Source: a candidate division CPR3 bacterium 4484_211 (lineage in GTDB: Bacteria > Patescibacteriota > 4484-211). Taken from it: a stretch of DNA of 64,000 nt. Below, piece by piece: positions 47,740 to 57,793 of the stretch (positions are counted from its first letter, which is position 1; each line of letters opens with the position of its first letter). The notes below the pieces were generated by a model. The model ran no database searches. It had not been told where the DNA came from and saw only the letters and a list, made by a program, of their open reading frames with translations. Location: positions 2,027 through 66,026 of the forward strand of contig MZGJ01000006.1 of assembly GCA_002084955.1 (NCBI GenBank). The letters are read 5' to 3'. The position numbers and the translations under genes were made by a program.

Positions 47740-48718
47740 AACTAATCCTCTCATTTCTCTAATTACTCCTGCTTACAATGAGGAAAGCTATATCGCGGAG
47801 TGTTTAACAAGCATTTTTAATCAAAGCGTAGAATTTCCTTATGAAGTGATTGTGGTGGATGGAAAGTCCACGGACGGTACAATAAAAATTGTTAAAAGTT
47901 TTCAAAAAGTTCATTCCAACTTAGTTTTGCTGGAAAATCCTCGCCGCTTTACCCCATTCGCTTTAAATCTTGCCTTAAAATACGCTCGAGGTGAGTTTAT
48001 TGCCCGTGTTGATGCCCATAGCTATATTCCCAGACACTATCTGGAAACCTGTCTTAAGACTTTCCGGCAGGCCCAAAAAGAATACCCTCGACTTGCCGGT
48101 GTTGGAGGAAGGTGGAAGTGCGGCAATAAAAGCAGTCTGGGCCGGGCAATTTTTTATGCCACCAATTCTTGGTTTGGCGGGGGCATATCCAAGTATCGCT
48201 ATTCCAGCAAGCCGCAACTTGTAAAAACAGTTCTTTACGGTTTTTACAAAAGGGAGGTTTTGGAAAAAGAAGGCTTTGCGGATGAAAAGTTTATCAAAGC
48301 ACAAGATGCGGAATTAAACTGGCGCTTAGTTAGAGCGGGCTACAAGCTCTTTTACAATCCGGCCATTTACTCTTATTACCACGCTCCAAATTCTTTGAGA
48401 AAACTGGCCCGACAAATGTTTACCTACGGAAGGGCCCGTGGCCAGGTTTTACAGAAACATCCTTCATCCTTAAATCCGCTGTCTCTGCTGGCCCCGTTAT
48501 TGGTGGTTTATATCTTTTTTTTACCCGCTTTCTTGCGGCTGCAATTTCTAATTACCCCGCTGTTTTTCTATCTGTGCCTTGGCATATTGTTCTCTCTTAA
48601 GATATGTTTAAAAAAAAAGGCGCTTCCGCAGCTATTTCCTACATTAGCCGCTTTTTGGGTTACTCACTTTTTTTTTGGTTTGGGGATGATTGTTCAGTTT
48701 CTGTATCACCAGCCCTGA
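47714..48718 (+). CDS. GT2 glycosyltransferase (ExoA-like)
   Basis: PAYNEE, VVDGKSTD, RVDAHS, QDAELNWR, QMFTYG. Confidence 0.9.
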   Translation: MPLKKPTDKTNPLISLITPAYNEESYIAECLTSIFNQSVEFPYEVIVVDGKSTDGTIKIVKSFQKVHSNLVLLENPRRFTPFALNLALKYARGEFIARVDAHSYIPRHYLETCLKTFRQAQKEYPRLAGVGGRWKCGNKSSLGRAIFYATNSWFGGGISKYRYSSKPQLVKTVLYGFYKREVLEKEGFADEKFIKAQDAELNWRLVRAGYKLFYNPAIYSYYHAPNSLRKLARQMFTYGRARGQVLQKHPSSLNPLSLLAPLLVVYIFFLPAFLRLQFLITPLFFYLCLGILFSLKICLKKKALPQLFPTLAAFWVTHFFFGLGMIVQFLYHQP

Positions 48719-49598
48719 ATAATTTTAAAAGGATATAATTTTTTGTATAACTGTAAGAATAGATTGTTCCTATGATTGCGGCAACAATTAATACTGGGAT
48801 TATGTCTGTCGGATTATTCTCTTTCTCCAGCAAGAGACGCGTAAATGTGTAAGCGGGCAAGAGCAGAAAGTGGAAAAACCAACGCAGGCTAAACCCTTTT
48901 CGTTGAAGGTAGTGTTGTTGCGCTTTTCCTTTGCCCAGGCGCAGTGCTTTGTTCTTATGTTGTTGAAATGTTTTTCTAGGAGGGTGATATGTGATGGCGT
49001 CTTTACAGTAAACAAGTTTGTATCCTGCGGAAACAGCCCTTTTGCTGAATTCATAATCACCGCCCGATATTAATCTTGAGTTAAACAAGCCAATGTCAGC
49101 AAATACCTTTTTATGTACAAATAAGTTGCCCGCTCCAGACCAGCCGTCGCGGACATATTTTTTTTGGTTAAATGAAACTAATCTATCGTATTTTGCATAA
49201 ATTGCTTCGTTTTCCTCTTTGGGGATAACAACCCTGCCTCCTATAAGATCGGCGTTGCTTTGCGTCATGCACGCCATGCCTTTGCGCAGCCATTCTGCAC
49301 AGGCCTGCTCATCAGAGTCTATAAATGCCAGAACCTTGCCCCTTGCCGCTTTTATGCCCTTATTTCTTGCCGCATAAGAACTTTGGATTTTGTCCTCAAC
49401 TAATAGTTTTATCCGCTTGTGGTTTTTGGCGAACTCTTGGATAACGTTGTATGAGTTGTCTGTAGAATTATTGTCCACTATAACTATTTCGTACTTTTCC
49501 TTAGGATAGTCGAGTGCCAAAAGGGAGTCTAGGGCGCCTTGCACTTTTTCCTGGTCGTTATAAACAGGCATGATAACAGAAATAAATGGCAGTTTCAT
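48660..49598 (-). CDS. GT2 glycosyltransferase
   Basis: SVIMPVYN, VDNNSTD, ARNKG, FIDSD, GGDYEF. Confidence 0.9.
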   Translation of the reverse strand: MKLPFISVIMPVYNDQEKVQGALDSLLALDYPKEKYEIVIVDNNSTDNSYNVIQEFAKNHKRIKLLVEDKIQSSYAARNKGIKAARGKVLAFIDSDEQACAEWLRKGMACMTQSNADLIGGRVVIPKEENEAIYAKYDRLVSFNQKKYVRDGWSGAGNLFVHKKVFADIGLFNSRLISGGDYEFSKRAVSAGYKLVYCKDAITYHPPRKTFQQHKNKALRLGKGKAQQHYLQRKGFSLRWFFHFLLLPAYTFTRLLLEKENNPTDIIPVLIVAAIIGTIYSYSYTKNYILLKLFRAGDTETEQSSPNQKKSE

Positions 49599-49628
49599 TG
49601 TGTTATAGCGAGTAATCCCGTGGTGGAA

Positions 49629-50783
49629 TTATTCATATTCTTTAAAAATTTGTACGAGAGTTGTCTCAACGGCATGCCAGCTGTACTTTTCCACGCAAAC
49701 CTGTCGAGCCTTTTGGGCTCTCTTTTTAGCCTCCGCCGGGTGTCCTAAGACGTATTGAATTGTATCAGCCAGTTGTCGTGGATTCTCTGGCGGAATAAGC
49801 CACCCTGCATCTTTTATGATCTTAGGTATATTAGAGACTTTAGTAGAGACTATTGGTTTCTCCATTGCCATGGCGTCAAATAACTTTGCCGGTGTTTGGC
49901 CAGTGGTTGCTGTATTCTTTCGCTGAGGTACAACTACTATGTCAGCCATGGCTAAAATTTGGGGAAGTTTACAAAATTTTTGTATCCCTAATGCTATAAA
50001 TCTATTTCTCAATCTTTGTTTGGCTAATTTGAGAATTTTCTGTCCATAGCTGTTCTCGGAGCTTATACCTGCGATTACCAGGATCGTGTTTTTATTATCT
50101 ATAAGGCTCATTGCTTCTATTAAGTCTTCAATCCCTTTGTACGGTCTTGGATGCCCGCAGAACATAATGACTTGTTTTGTTTTGTCTATACCGTAGTGTC
50201 TTCTCGCCAGTACAGTGTCGATTTTTTGGGGAGAGAAGTAGTTGGTATCTCTGGCGTGCGGGATGATGATCCCCTTAAATTTGCGTTGCAGAAACGTATT
50301 AGATACCGTGATTTTGTCGGCAAGCTGTGTTAGTTGTTCAAAAAATAAAATGTTCCAGTAGGAAGTTGGTTTGTCAAATCTTAAAAGGGAGTATGCTAGA
50401 AAGGCAAGGCGTGTAGAGAGTGAAAAGCTTCTTGAATTTTCCTTGGCTAGGCCTAATTGCCAGTCATCAATATCAAGTATTAAGGGTTTTTTCTCTGTTA
50501 TCTTTTTAAGTAGGGCCAAACCGAAGCTTGTTAAAAGTGGCTTTGATGCATAAATAACTTTTCCGTCTATAGCCTTGAGAACTTTCCTAATTTTAAAGGT
50601 CTTGCCAAGAAACAAAGGTTTGTAATTGATACTGGTATCATTAGCAACGGGTTGCCAAATTCCCTTGCCAAACATTGGCCCCGCTACTTCCACTTCGTAC
50701 CGGCGCTTGAGTATTTTAGCAAGTAGATAGGCTCTGCCTAAACAGTTATGCGAAAGGTCGGGTGTGAGAATTGATATTTTCAT
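49629..50783 (-). CDS. GT4 glycosyltransferase
   Basis: LDIDDW, GHPRPYKG, PAKLFDAMAMEKPIVST; the longer ORF start lies inside a MITE. Confidence 0.9.
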   Translation of the reverse strand: MKISILTPDLSHNCLGRAYLLAKILKRRYEVEVAGPMFGKGIWQPVANDTSINYKPLFLGKTFKIRKVLKAIDGKVIYASKPLLTSFGLALLKKITEKKPLILDIDDWQLGLAKENSRSFSLSTRLAFLAYSLLRFDKPTSYWNILFFEQLTQLADKITVSNTFLQRKFKGIIIPHARDTNYFSPQKIDTVLARRHYGIDKTKQVIMFCGHPRPYKGIEDLIEAMSLIDNKNTILVIAGISSENSYGQKILKLAKQRLRNRFIALGIQKFCKLPQILAMADIVVVPQRKNTATTGQTPAKLFDAMAMEKPIVSTKVSNIPKIIKDAGWLIPPENPRQLADTIQYVLGHPAEAKKRAQKARQVCVEKYSWHAVETTLVQIFKEYE

Positions 50784-50791
50784 GAGTGAAA

Positions 50792-50908
50792 GGGGTGACA
50801 CCCTCTTTGAGGGTGTCACCCCATCTAAGCGTGCATCAACCGCGGTACCACAGGGGTACACGGCAAGAGTGCGCTATTACAATTAATTTGGACATTTATA
50901 ACCCGCCT
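50792..50908. mobile_element. Half MITE A (hairpin 50792-50822, one arm, terminus)
   Basis: Perfect hairpin; GGTACACGGCAAGAGTGCGCTATTAC arm; TTTATAACCCGCC end. Confidence 0.75.
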
Positions 50909-50934
50909 ATAATTTTACTGTACTTTGCTACAAT

Positions 50935-52937
50935 ATGTCCATGCGTGCTACTTCCAAGAAGGTGTTTTTTATTTTAGCCCTTGCGTGGCTGCTGTTTTGT
51001 TGCTCTATCTATTTCATTGCCCGCCCTTTTTTTCTTGAGATAGTTCCTCTTTTGGTTCTCGTTTTAATTGTCTCTAGAGGAATTAAGCCAAAGTTTATCA
51101 TCAGTGTTCTACATTTAACTTTGGTTGGCTTATTTGGGGCGGTGTTTCTGTCTTTAATGTATGGAGTAATGGACAAGCAGTTGATGCACTTTGGTTTTAT
51201 CGCTTTTATTTCTGCAATATGTAAATCTTTGTCTGTTACGATTCTGGGAATAACTGTTATCACGGGCTTGGTTGCGGGACTTGGCAGTAAAGTCCTTTCT
51301 AAATTTTGTTTTAAATGCGAGTCTGGTTTAGGGCAGTTTTTGATCTCTATTGGGTTGGGGATCGGTATTGTGATTAATTTTGGCTTTTTTTTGGCTTACT
51401 TTAAAATTCTTAAACTTCCCGTGGTGATATTTCTTGTCGTTGGCCTATTTTACCTGTCTAGAAAAGAAATAGGGTCGTTTTTTAATAAAATAGCTAGGGC
51501 AAAAATTAGGGTAAAGGGAGATCTTCAGGTTGTTCTATTCTTCTCCGTTTTTATTCTCGTAATTTCACACCTTGTTACCAAGTTGAGAGGTTTCCCGTTG
51601 GAGTTTGATAGTCTGTCGCTGTATGCCAATACCGCCAAGAACCTGGCTTTAACCGGCAGGCTGCCCCAAGCCTGGTCTTTTCCTTTTGGGATTGAACTAT
51701 TTATGGGGTTTAATTGGCTTTTGTTTGGGGCGGGGACTGCCTTGACGATAAACAGTTTGCTTGGCTTGTTAAGTGTTTTGGCCATTTATCTAATTGCCAG
51801 GAAATTCGTTGGTTATAATTTTGCCTTGTTCCCGTCAATCTTTTTTTATACTACCTTTGCCGTGGCTCAGCTGACCTATTTTGACGACAAAGTTGACCTG
51901 GGAATTCTGTTCTTTGGGGTTCTGTCGGTTTATGCATTTCTGCAGTGGCATACTCTTCACCGCCGCAGGATATCCATCAAATTAGAACCGCGGTACTGTC
52001 TAACCGCGGGGAAAGGACGGATTTATGTGAAATAACTGAAGCGATGGCCCAATGTAAGAGAGAAATTAAATTGGGAGATTATGGGTATTACTTTTACCCC
52101 CAATCTTGGGCAGACCATTTTAAAAGGCCGCTGAGACTGCTCGCTTTAACTAACAAGTCAGCTTGCACGGGACGAGCGTCAATTGATCCCCTTTATGTTG
52201 GACTTTTCCCTCTGGTGATTGTCTTGGCGCTGGAAGAAAAGAGTAAAAGATTAAGACTTCTTTTGGTAATTATTGCAGGCTATTTTATTTTCTGGTATCT
52301 GGTCCGCTCACAGATTCTGTGGTACGCTCTTCCGGGATTTGCCTTATTATCGGTAGTTTTTTTTACGGCAATACGTAAAGTTGTTCCGGCCAAAATTAAA
52401 CGGGTGTTTCTAATAATTGCCAGCGTTAGTATTTTAATTCATAGTGCTTTCTATGTGGTTAATAATGGTACATACTTTTTTTTACCCGGCAATGCAGATT
52501 GGAAGCTCCAGGAAAAAAGATTTCTTCTTGGGGACTTAAAAAAGGCTTCAGCTTTTGTGAATAAAGTGCTGCAGGTTAATGAGGATAAAAAGGTTTTTTT
52601 GCTCGGGAATAAACCTGGTGCCCACTTTTTGCCTCCTTATTTTATAAACAATAGTCAGGAAGTGGCAATTTACTCTAATACCTGTCAGTTAATTTTCCTG
52701 CCGGAACAGCGGTCAGATATAGCCGGTTTAAGAGACAAGTTAAAAGCGCGGAATGTGGAATATGTTTTGGCCAGAATTTCTCCTGAGATAAAACTTGACC
52801 TGTTTAACATTCCACAGGAGGTCGGGGGGGTGACTCCCTGTATCTTAGAGACTAAAAAAAATATTGATTTTTTTCTGCGGAGTTACGGGCAGATAGTTTA
52901 CCAAAATTCTAATTATGCAGTGTATAGGATAAGGTGA
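50935..52937 (+). pseudogene. Polytopic GT-C/ArnT-like membrane protein split in two frames (50935..52035, 51945..52937)
   Basis: FDSLSLY and DKVDLG motifs; TM pattern ends abruptly near 51950; second frame continues with TMs and a soluble tail. Confidence 0.55.
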
Positions 52938-53061
52938 AGCCCCGCCGCCTTGAGAGGAAATTGCGGATCCTGCCTTGGCAACGGTGGGCCTTGTCCAGTT
53001 CTGAGAAAGGCTGCAAAATTTGGCGCTAAAGTAATTCTCGGTTTTTTTGTTTTGGAGAATT

Positions 53062-53442
53062 CTAGTTCCTGAGGGTGTATTCTAAGGAGATAGTCACGGC
53101 CAGTGTTAGAAGAAGAGTGAAAAAGTTGGCTGTTCTGGTCAGGAGCAGTAAGCAGGCAATGATAATACCCAAGCCAACTAGGGCGCCCTGACGAAGGCTT
53201 TTTCTATAGGTAAATCGTGGGTCGGTGTAGTCCCCCAAAAGCCGGTAGAGATAAAAAAGAATAATAGAAGTTGCGCTGGTTGCAAATAAAAAGAGCGTTG
53301 TTAAGAAAATTATGACGCGAGAGTGGTTAAGGGTAATTGCCGGCGGAGTGCCGGTAAATGGTGCGCTGTAAAAAAGGAGGCGGCTTAGATAAAGACCACT
53401 AAACAGGCCGATGCCGACGGCGGGAATTAAGTATTTTTGCAT
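53062..53442 (-). CDS. Small 4-TM membrane protein
   Basis: Hydrophobic; RKSLRQG motif; TGcTATACT just upstream. Confidence 0.7.
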   Translation of the reverse strand: MQKYLIPAVGIGLFSGLYLSRLLFYSAPFTGTPPAITLNHSRVIIFLTTLFLFATSATSIILFYLYRLLGDYTDPRFTYRKSLRQGALVGLGIIIACLLLLTRTANFFTLLLTLAVTISLEYTLRN

Positions 53443-53633
53443 AAAAAAAGTATAGCATAGGTGAAACTTTGCAGATTACCGCAATGGGGAGTGGTTGATG
53501 AAATGAATAGCGACATAATGGCCAATAGATCAGTTATTAAAAGGTTCTCGGGATGATTGTTCTCGTCGGGATGATTGCTAAAAGATTTTCTCCCAATGGG
53601 CTCTCTGTGGGGATAGCCAATTTCCACTTATTG

Positions 53634-53728
53634 ATGATAGACTAGTTTATCATCACTGGGCTTACAGGCCGCCATAAAAGCTTTTCCCAAATTGTGTCTT
53701 AAATTGGTATGATAGACTAGTCTATCAT
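53634..53728. repeat. Palindrome-P pair 3 (53634-53653, 53709-53728; period 75)
   Basis: 19/20 and 20/20 matches. Confidence 0.95.
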
Positions 53729-54309
53729 ACTGGGTGGTTAGATAGTTTTTGAGAAGGCGGTGGGTTCTTTACATCTGTACACCTGGCCGCCTTTTAATAC
53801 CGGATCTTATTTAAAACGATTATCAAAACGATTATCAACGCAACGCTGGGTCTGGTTTTTTAAAAACTCTACCGCCTTAAGTTAAATTTAATTAAGCTTA
53901 TCTGTTTTGGGGATTTATTTTTTTTCGCTGGGGTTTTTGCTTTTTACCTGTTCTTAAAAATTTTGGGTTTTGGCAAAAGGGGGCTTTGTAGCTGTTTATT
54001 TTTCCTTTTGGCAGTACCTGTTTTGCTGGTCTATGTCCTGCGCCTCAATTGTGGTTAAACCTTTAGGGACTTTGGTTTGTGCTCTTTACCGGTCCTTTCT
54101 TGTCCGGATGCATTTTTTCTAACCTTAAATAAGGTAAAACAGAAATTTAGATTTGGAACCAAAGGGGGAGTCGTGGTAAGATGGGAGAGAAGTAGCGTAT
54201 TTCCAGATTTTATAGAGATTTGAGGCTTTTAAGAGGATGGGGTGTGAATGCCTAGCTTAGTTGCAGCAGGGGGTGTCGCTCCATTTAAGTGATTGTTGCT
54301 GTGATTATT

Positions 54310-54620
54310 GCGCGTGCAGATCGCAGACCAACCGCAGTACTATTCGGTGCATGGCAAGAGTCTGCTATTGCAAGTAAAGTGCAGTATTATGTCCCAGCTA
54401 TAATGGCAATAACCAAGCACCAAATTACAAACAAATTCAAAATTCAAATAACCAAAACTTTTGGACTGGGTTTGACATTTGGCATTTTTAACTTGCCGCT
54501 TTACGGCTATGCCCTTCTTCAAGAGCGCAGTCCTGCAAGAAAAATATATCCGCTTCCAAAGCGGTGGGTTTTTACAGTGGGTTTTTACAGTTAGATCTTG
54601 AAATTATGCCTCAGCCATTT
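54310..54620. repeat. Composite mosaic: MITE arm, heptamer element, element B end, MITE terminus
   Basis: 54320-54460 aligns with the reverse complement of 34225-34365; 54532-54620 aligns with 6739-6810. Confidence 0.75.
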
Positions 54621-54644
54621 TTTAGAATCTATCAAAACTAAAAC

Positions 54645-55664
54645 ATGCCTTTTTCGACTTTTGTCATTCTTGTTACCATAATCTTGGGTTTTGCTGTTAT
54701 CCTCTATTTCCTTAATCGCCGTTTTCAAAAGCTGGAGGAGCGGGATGAGAAAGATGAGGCGTTTAAGCTGATTAAGGAATGGATGAAACAGGCGGTGGAG
54801 CAAACTGACCGAACCCGGCGGGAAATGCAGGATCGGCTGGATAAAACGGGTAAAAATATTAATGAGCGGCTGGATAATGCGGCCAAGGTGATTAATCGGG
54901 TTAATAAAGAATTGGGTGAGATTGGTGAAATCGGGCGGCAGATGAAAGATTTACAGGATTTCCTGCGTTCGCCAAAGCTAAGGGGCAATATCGGTGAGCA
55001 GGTGTTGGCCGATCTTTTAAAGCAACATCTTTCTCATGAGCAGTTTTCCCTTCAATATAGTTTTCCAAACGGGACCATTGTGGACGCGGCTATTAAAACA
55101 GACCGTGGAGTTATTCCCGTGGATGCCAAATTCCCGATGGAAAATTTTAAAAGAATGATGGCCGCAGGGGATGAAGCCGATGAACAACGTTTCCGGCGGG
55201 ATTTTATCAATGATGTCCGCAAGCATATTCGTGACATCTCCAAAAAATATATCCAGCCGGCCGAGGGTACCTTAGATTTTGCTCTTATGTACATTCCTTC
55301 TGAAGCTGTGGCCTATGAAGTTACCGTGCACACCCCGGAGTTGTCCGATTATGCAAATGAAAACCGCGTGGTGGTGGTTTCTCCTAATCAATTTAATTAT
55401 TATCTTCGGGTAATTTTGCTGGGGATGGAGGGGAAGAAGGTGGAGGAAAAAGCTCGGTTTATTATGAACAGTCTCAGGGCGATTCAAAAAGACACTCAGG
55501 AATTTGGTGAAAACTTCCGTGTTTTAATGAAACATATTACCAATGCTAAAACTAAAGCCGATGAGGTTAGTGTTGACTTTAATCGTCTTTCGGGGAAAAT
55601 TGATTCGGTACAACAAGTTAGCGGAGAAAGCGCTTCATCTTCTTTACCCTTGATGGATAGCTAG
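54645..55664 (+). CDS. rmuC: DNA recombination protein RmuC
   Basis: N-terminal TM, coiled coil, PKLRGNIGE, VDAKFP, DISKKYI, DFALMYIPSE. Confidence 0.93.
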   Translation: MPFSTFVILVTIILGFAVILYFLNRRFQKLEERDEKDEAFKLIKEWMKQAVEQTDRTRREMQDRLDKTGKNINERLDNAAKVINRVNKELGEIGEIGRQMKDLQDFLRSPKLRGNIGEQVLADLLKQHLSHEQFSLQYSFPNGTIVDAAIKTDRGVIPVDAKFPMENFKRMMAAGDEADEQRFRRDFINDVRKHIRDISKKYIQPAEGTLDFALMYIPSEAVAYEVTVHTPELSDYANENRVVVVSPNQFNYYLRVILLGMEGKKVEEKARFIMNSLRAIQKDTQEFGENFRVLMKHITNAKTKADEVSVDFNRLSGKIDSVQQVSGESASSSLPLMDS

Positions 55665-55917
55665 GGTTGTAATCTGGGCTGATTAAAAGTTAACCATTTG
55701 GAAAGAGTAACGCTCTCTTTGAGGGTGTGTCATTCCATTTAGATGATTACGAAATGTCTTTCCATCAATACCGCAATAGGGCATTGCCGTTGCCTCGCCC
55801 GTGCCCGCCCGCCGGCAAGCCGGGAATTTAAGAGAGCACTCCTTTTAAGGTTTTGTGAAGACGAATTAACAGAACTAACGCGAAGACGGATTAGCAGAGT
55901 TAACCATGATGACGATG

Positions 55918-56012
55918 ATGATAGACTAGTCTATCATCATAAAGCACTAACAAAGAATAAGTTCACTACTGTATCAAGCACTAACACCTGATATGATAGA
56001 CTAGTCTATCAT
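55918..56012. repeat. Palindrome-P pair 4 (55918-55937, 55993-56012; period 75), between convergent genes
   Basis: Two perfect copies. Confidence 0.95.
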
Positions 56013-56223
56013 ACCAGAGCGCCATTACAAAAACTAACCACCGTGAACTAAGGGAGAAATTAAACTCTCAAGGACTAACTTGCAAACTTAATCGGTTCCT
56101 TTATCGGTGAAATAGCTGATGAAACTTAAAAAGGCTTCATAATTAAAATTGAAGCAACAAGCTAAAGAAGGTAAACTTTTAAAGGAAGTTGATAACAATC
56201 AGTGAGGGCTCTCTAGGTGATTT

Positions 56224-56697
56224 CTAGTTTTTTTTCTCCAAATTTTTCTTAACTTCTCTTTTTCTTTTCAATTTAAGCAATTCACGTGCAGATTTTTCTA
56301 AAGCATATTTCGCGGCTAGAGAACCCAGCTTATGGGGGCCGGTAAATTGAGGTCCTTTTTGCATCTTCTTCTTTGCTTTCTGATCAATTTTAGAAATCTT
56401 CTCAACCACTTTCTCAAGACCACCTTCTCCATAATCCAAGATCTGTGCAACCCGGCCCACCGTCTGGTTGGTTACTTTTAACCGGTTGATAATTGTCCGG
56501 TAATCACAGCCCTCATAGAGCATTAAGGCTATCTGGAGCCGCTTGGCCAGCATGCGAATTTCCATCTTTGTAAAAAGGTCTTTTATAAAAGGCTCAAGTT
56601 CTTCACGATCTAGGCATAAATTAAAAGCATTGATTAAATTGTCAATGTAATATCGCATGAACTTATTTTCTACTTTGCGCGGTGAAAGCCTCGACAT
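56224..56697 (-). CDS. TrpR-like (YerC/YecD family) DNA-binding protein
   Basis: FIKDLFTKMEIRMLAKRLQIALML..YRTI..LKVTNQTVGRV..LDYGEGG matches the YerC/TrpR HTH pattern. Confidence 0.85.
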   Translation of the reverse strand: MSRLSPRKVENKFMRYYIDNLINAFNLCLDREELEPFIKDLFTKMEIRMLAKRLQIALMLYEGCDYRTIINRLKVTNQTVGRVAQILDYGEGGLEKVVEKISKIDQKAKKKMQKGPQFTGPHKLGSLAAKYALEKSARELLKLKRKREVKKNLEKKN

Positions 56698-56717
56698 GAT
56701 AAATTTTTAGCTTAAAG

Positions 56718-56812
56718 ATGATAGACTAGTCTATCATCTTTAGGATAACAGGAAAATATAAAACCTGTCAACAATCATGAAAACCCCCTAGTATGATAGA
56801 CTAGTCTATCAT
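56718..56812. promoter_or_regulatory. Palindrome-P pair 5 (56718-56737, 56793-56812; period 75) enclosing the sigma70 promoter of the TrpR-like gene
   Basis: Minus strand TTGACA (56771-56766), 18 bp, TG-T-TATCCT (56747-56742); proximal palindrome covers the expected start site. Confidence 0.85.
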
Positions 56813-57040
56813 ATTAGGGGACTGCAGACTATTTCCGGATATGAGACTTTAGAAGTTTATCTAGGGCGCTTAATCTTACCGCCGTGTCCCAGCTTTATGA
56901 GATGCACAAGTATGAAACTATCTATAACTCCATCCGTTTCCTCTAGGAAATATCTCTAGGTTCAGGCTGTCTACAATCAGCCTCCATTGTTGAAGCAATT
57001 ACAGAAAAAATTGCCGCTCTATGAAACAGTTACAAAAGAG

Positions 57041-57793
57041 CTATCTTGACACTTCATAAAGTTGTACCAGCGGTTCTTCCCAACCAAAACAGGTTTCTTT
57101 GCCCGCCAGCTTTTTAAATGTTTTGATGCATTTTGGTTCAAGCTGGGCAAACTTTTCCAAAATGTCCACTACTTCACTCATAAATCCGCCAACAGTTCCG
57201 TCAGAATCATCAATGCCGCCAGTTTGTAATTTTCTGTCCAAACGCAGGAGCAAATTAACCAATAATTTCGCTGTTTGTTGGCTTGCCGGAAGTTTTGAAA
57301 CAATTGAAGTTAAACGCCTGCATCCTTCGGAAAGCGAGTCTTGGTAGGCGAACCAAGTTCGGGATGGGCCCCGATACGGTTTTATGTACCTCATTGCTAA
57401 AGTAATGGATTTTTTGACGGCGGCTAGTTCTTCTGCGGTTAGTTCTCCCGTCTTGCCACTGCAAACCGGCCTGCCTATCAATTCTTTTTCCTCTTTTTTC
57501 AGTGGTTTGCCGTTTTTAACCGCGTAAATGGCCACGGCGACCATATGTTTGCAAAGAATATTTTTTTGGCCAAGATAGCACTCACAATGGCCATAATCGT
57601 AGCGCCGGGCCTCCACGAAAACTCGGTAAGGTTTGGTGCCGAGGACAACAGCCGAGTAGGATCTGATTCCTTCTTCAAATTGAGTTACTTTTCCGCTTTC
57701 ATACAGCCCAACAGCTCTTTTAAAAGTCGGCTCATCGGTGGCAAACTTGATTTTGTCAAGATCGTAATCCGGCGGTTGAATGTTCTTTGTCAT
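57041..57793 (-). CDS. SWIM zinc-finger protein
   Basis: CECYLGQKNILCKH (CxC-n-CxH), VLGTKPYRV, DDSDGTVGG. Confidence 0.85.
   Translation of the reverse strand: MTKNIQPPDYDLDKIKFATDEPTFKRAVGLYESGKVTQFEEGIRSYSAVVLGTKPYRVFVEARRYDYGHCECYLGQKNILCKHMVAVAIYAVKNGKPLKKEEKELIGRPVCSGKTGELTAEELAAVKKSITLAMRYIKPYRGPSRTWFAYQDSLSEGCRRLTSIVSKLPASQQTAKLLVNLLLRLDRKLQTGGIDDSDGTVGGFMSEVVDILEKFAQLEPKCIKTFKKLAGKETCFGWEEPLVQLYEVSR

Noticed and set aside
53813-53838. Short tandem duplications (AAAACGATTATC x2; about 25-bp imperfect tandem near 55857-55905)
   Set aside because: Two units only, compatible with ordinary slippage.
16973-56812. Palindrome-P pairs as CRISPR mini-arrays
   Set aside because: Never more than two repeats; repeats are perfect 20-bp dyads without a loop; spacers are 55-56 bp and partly homologous to each other; one spacer is a promoter; no cas1/cas2 in the window.
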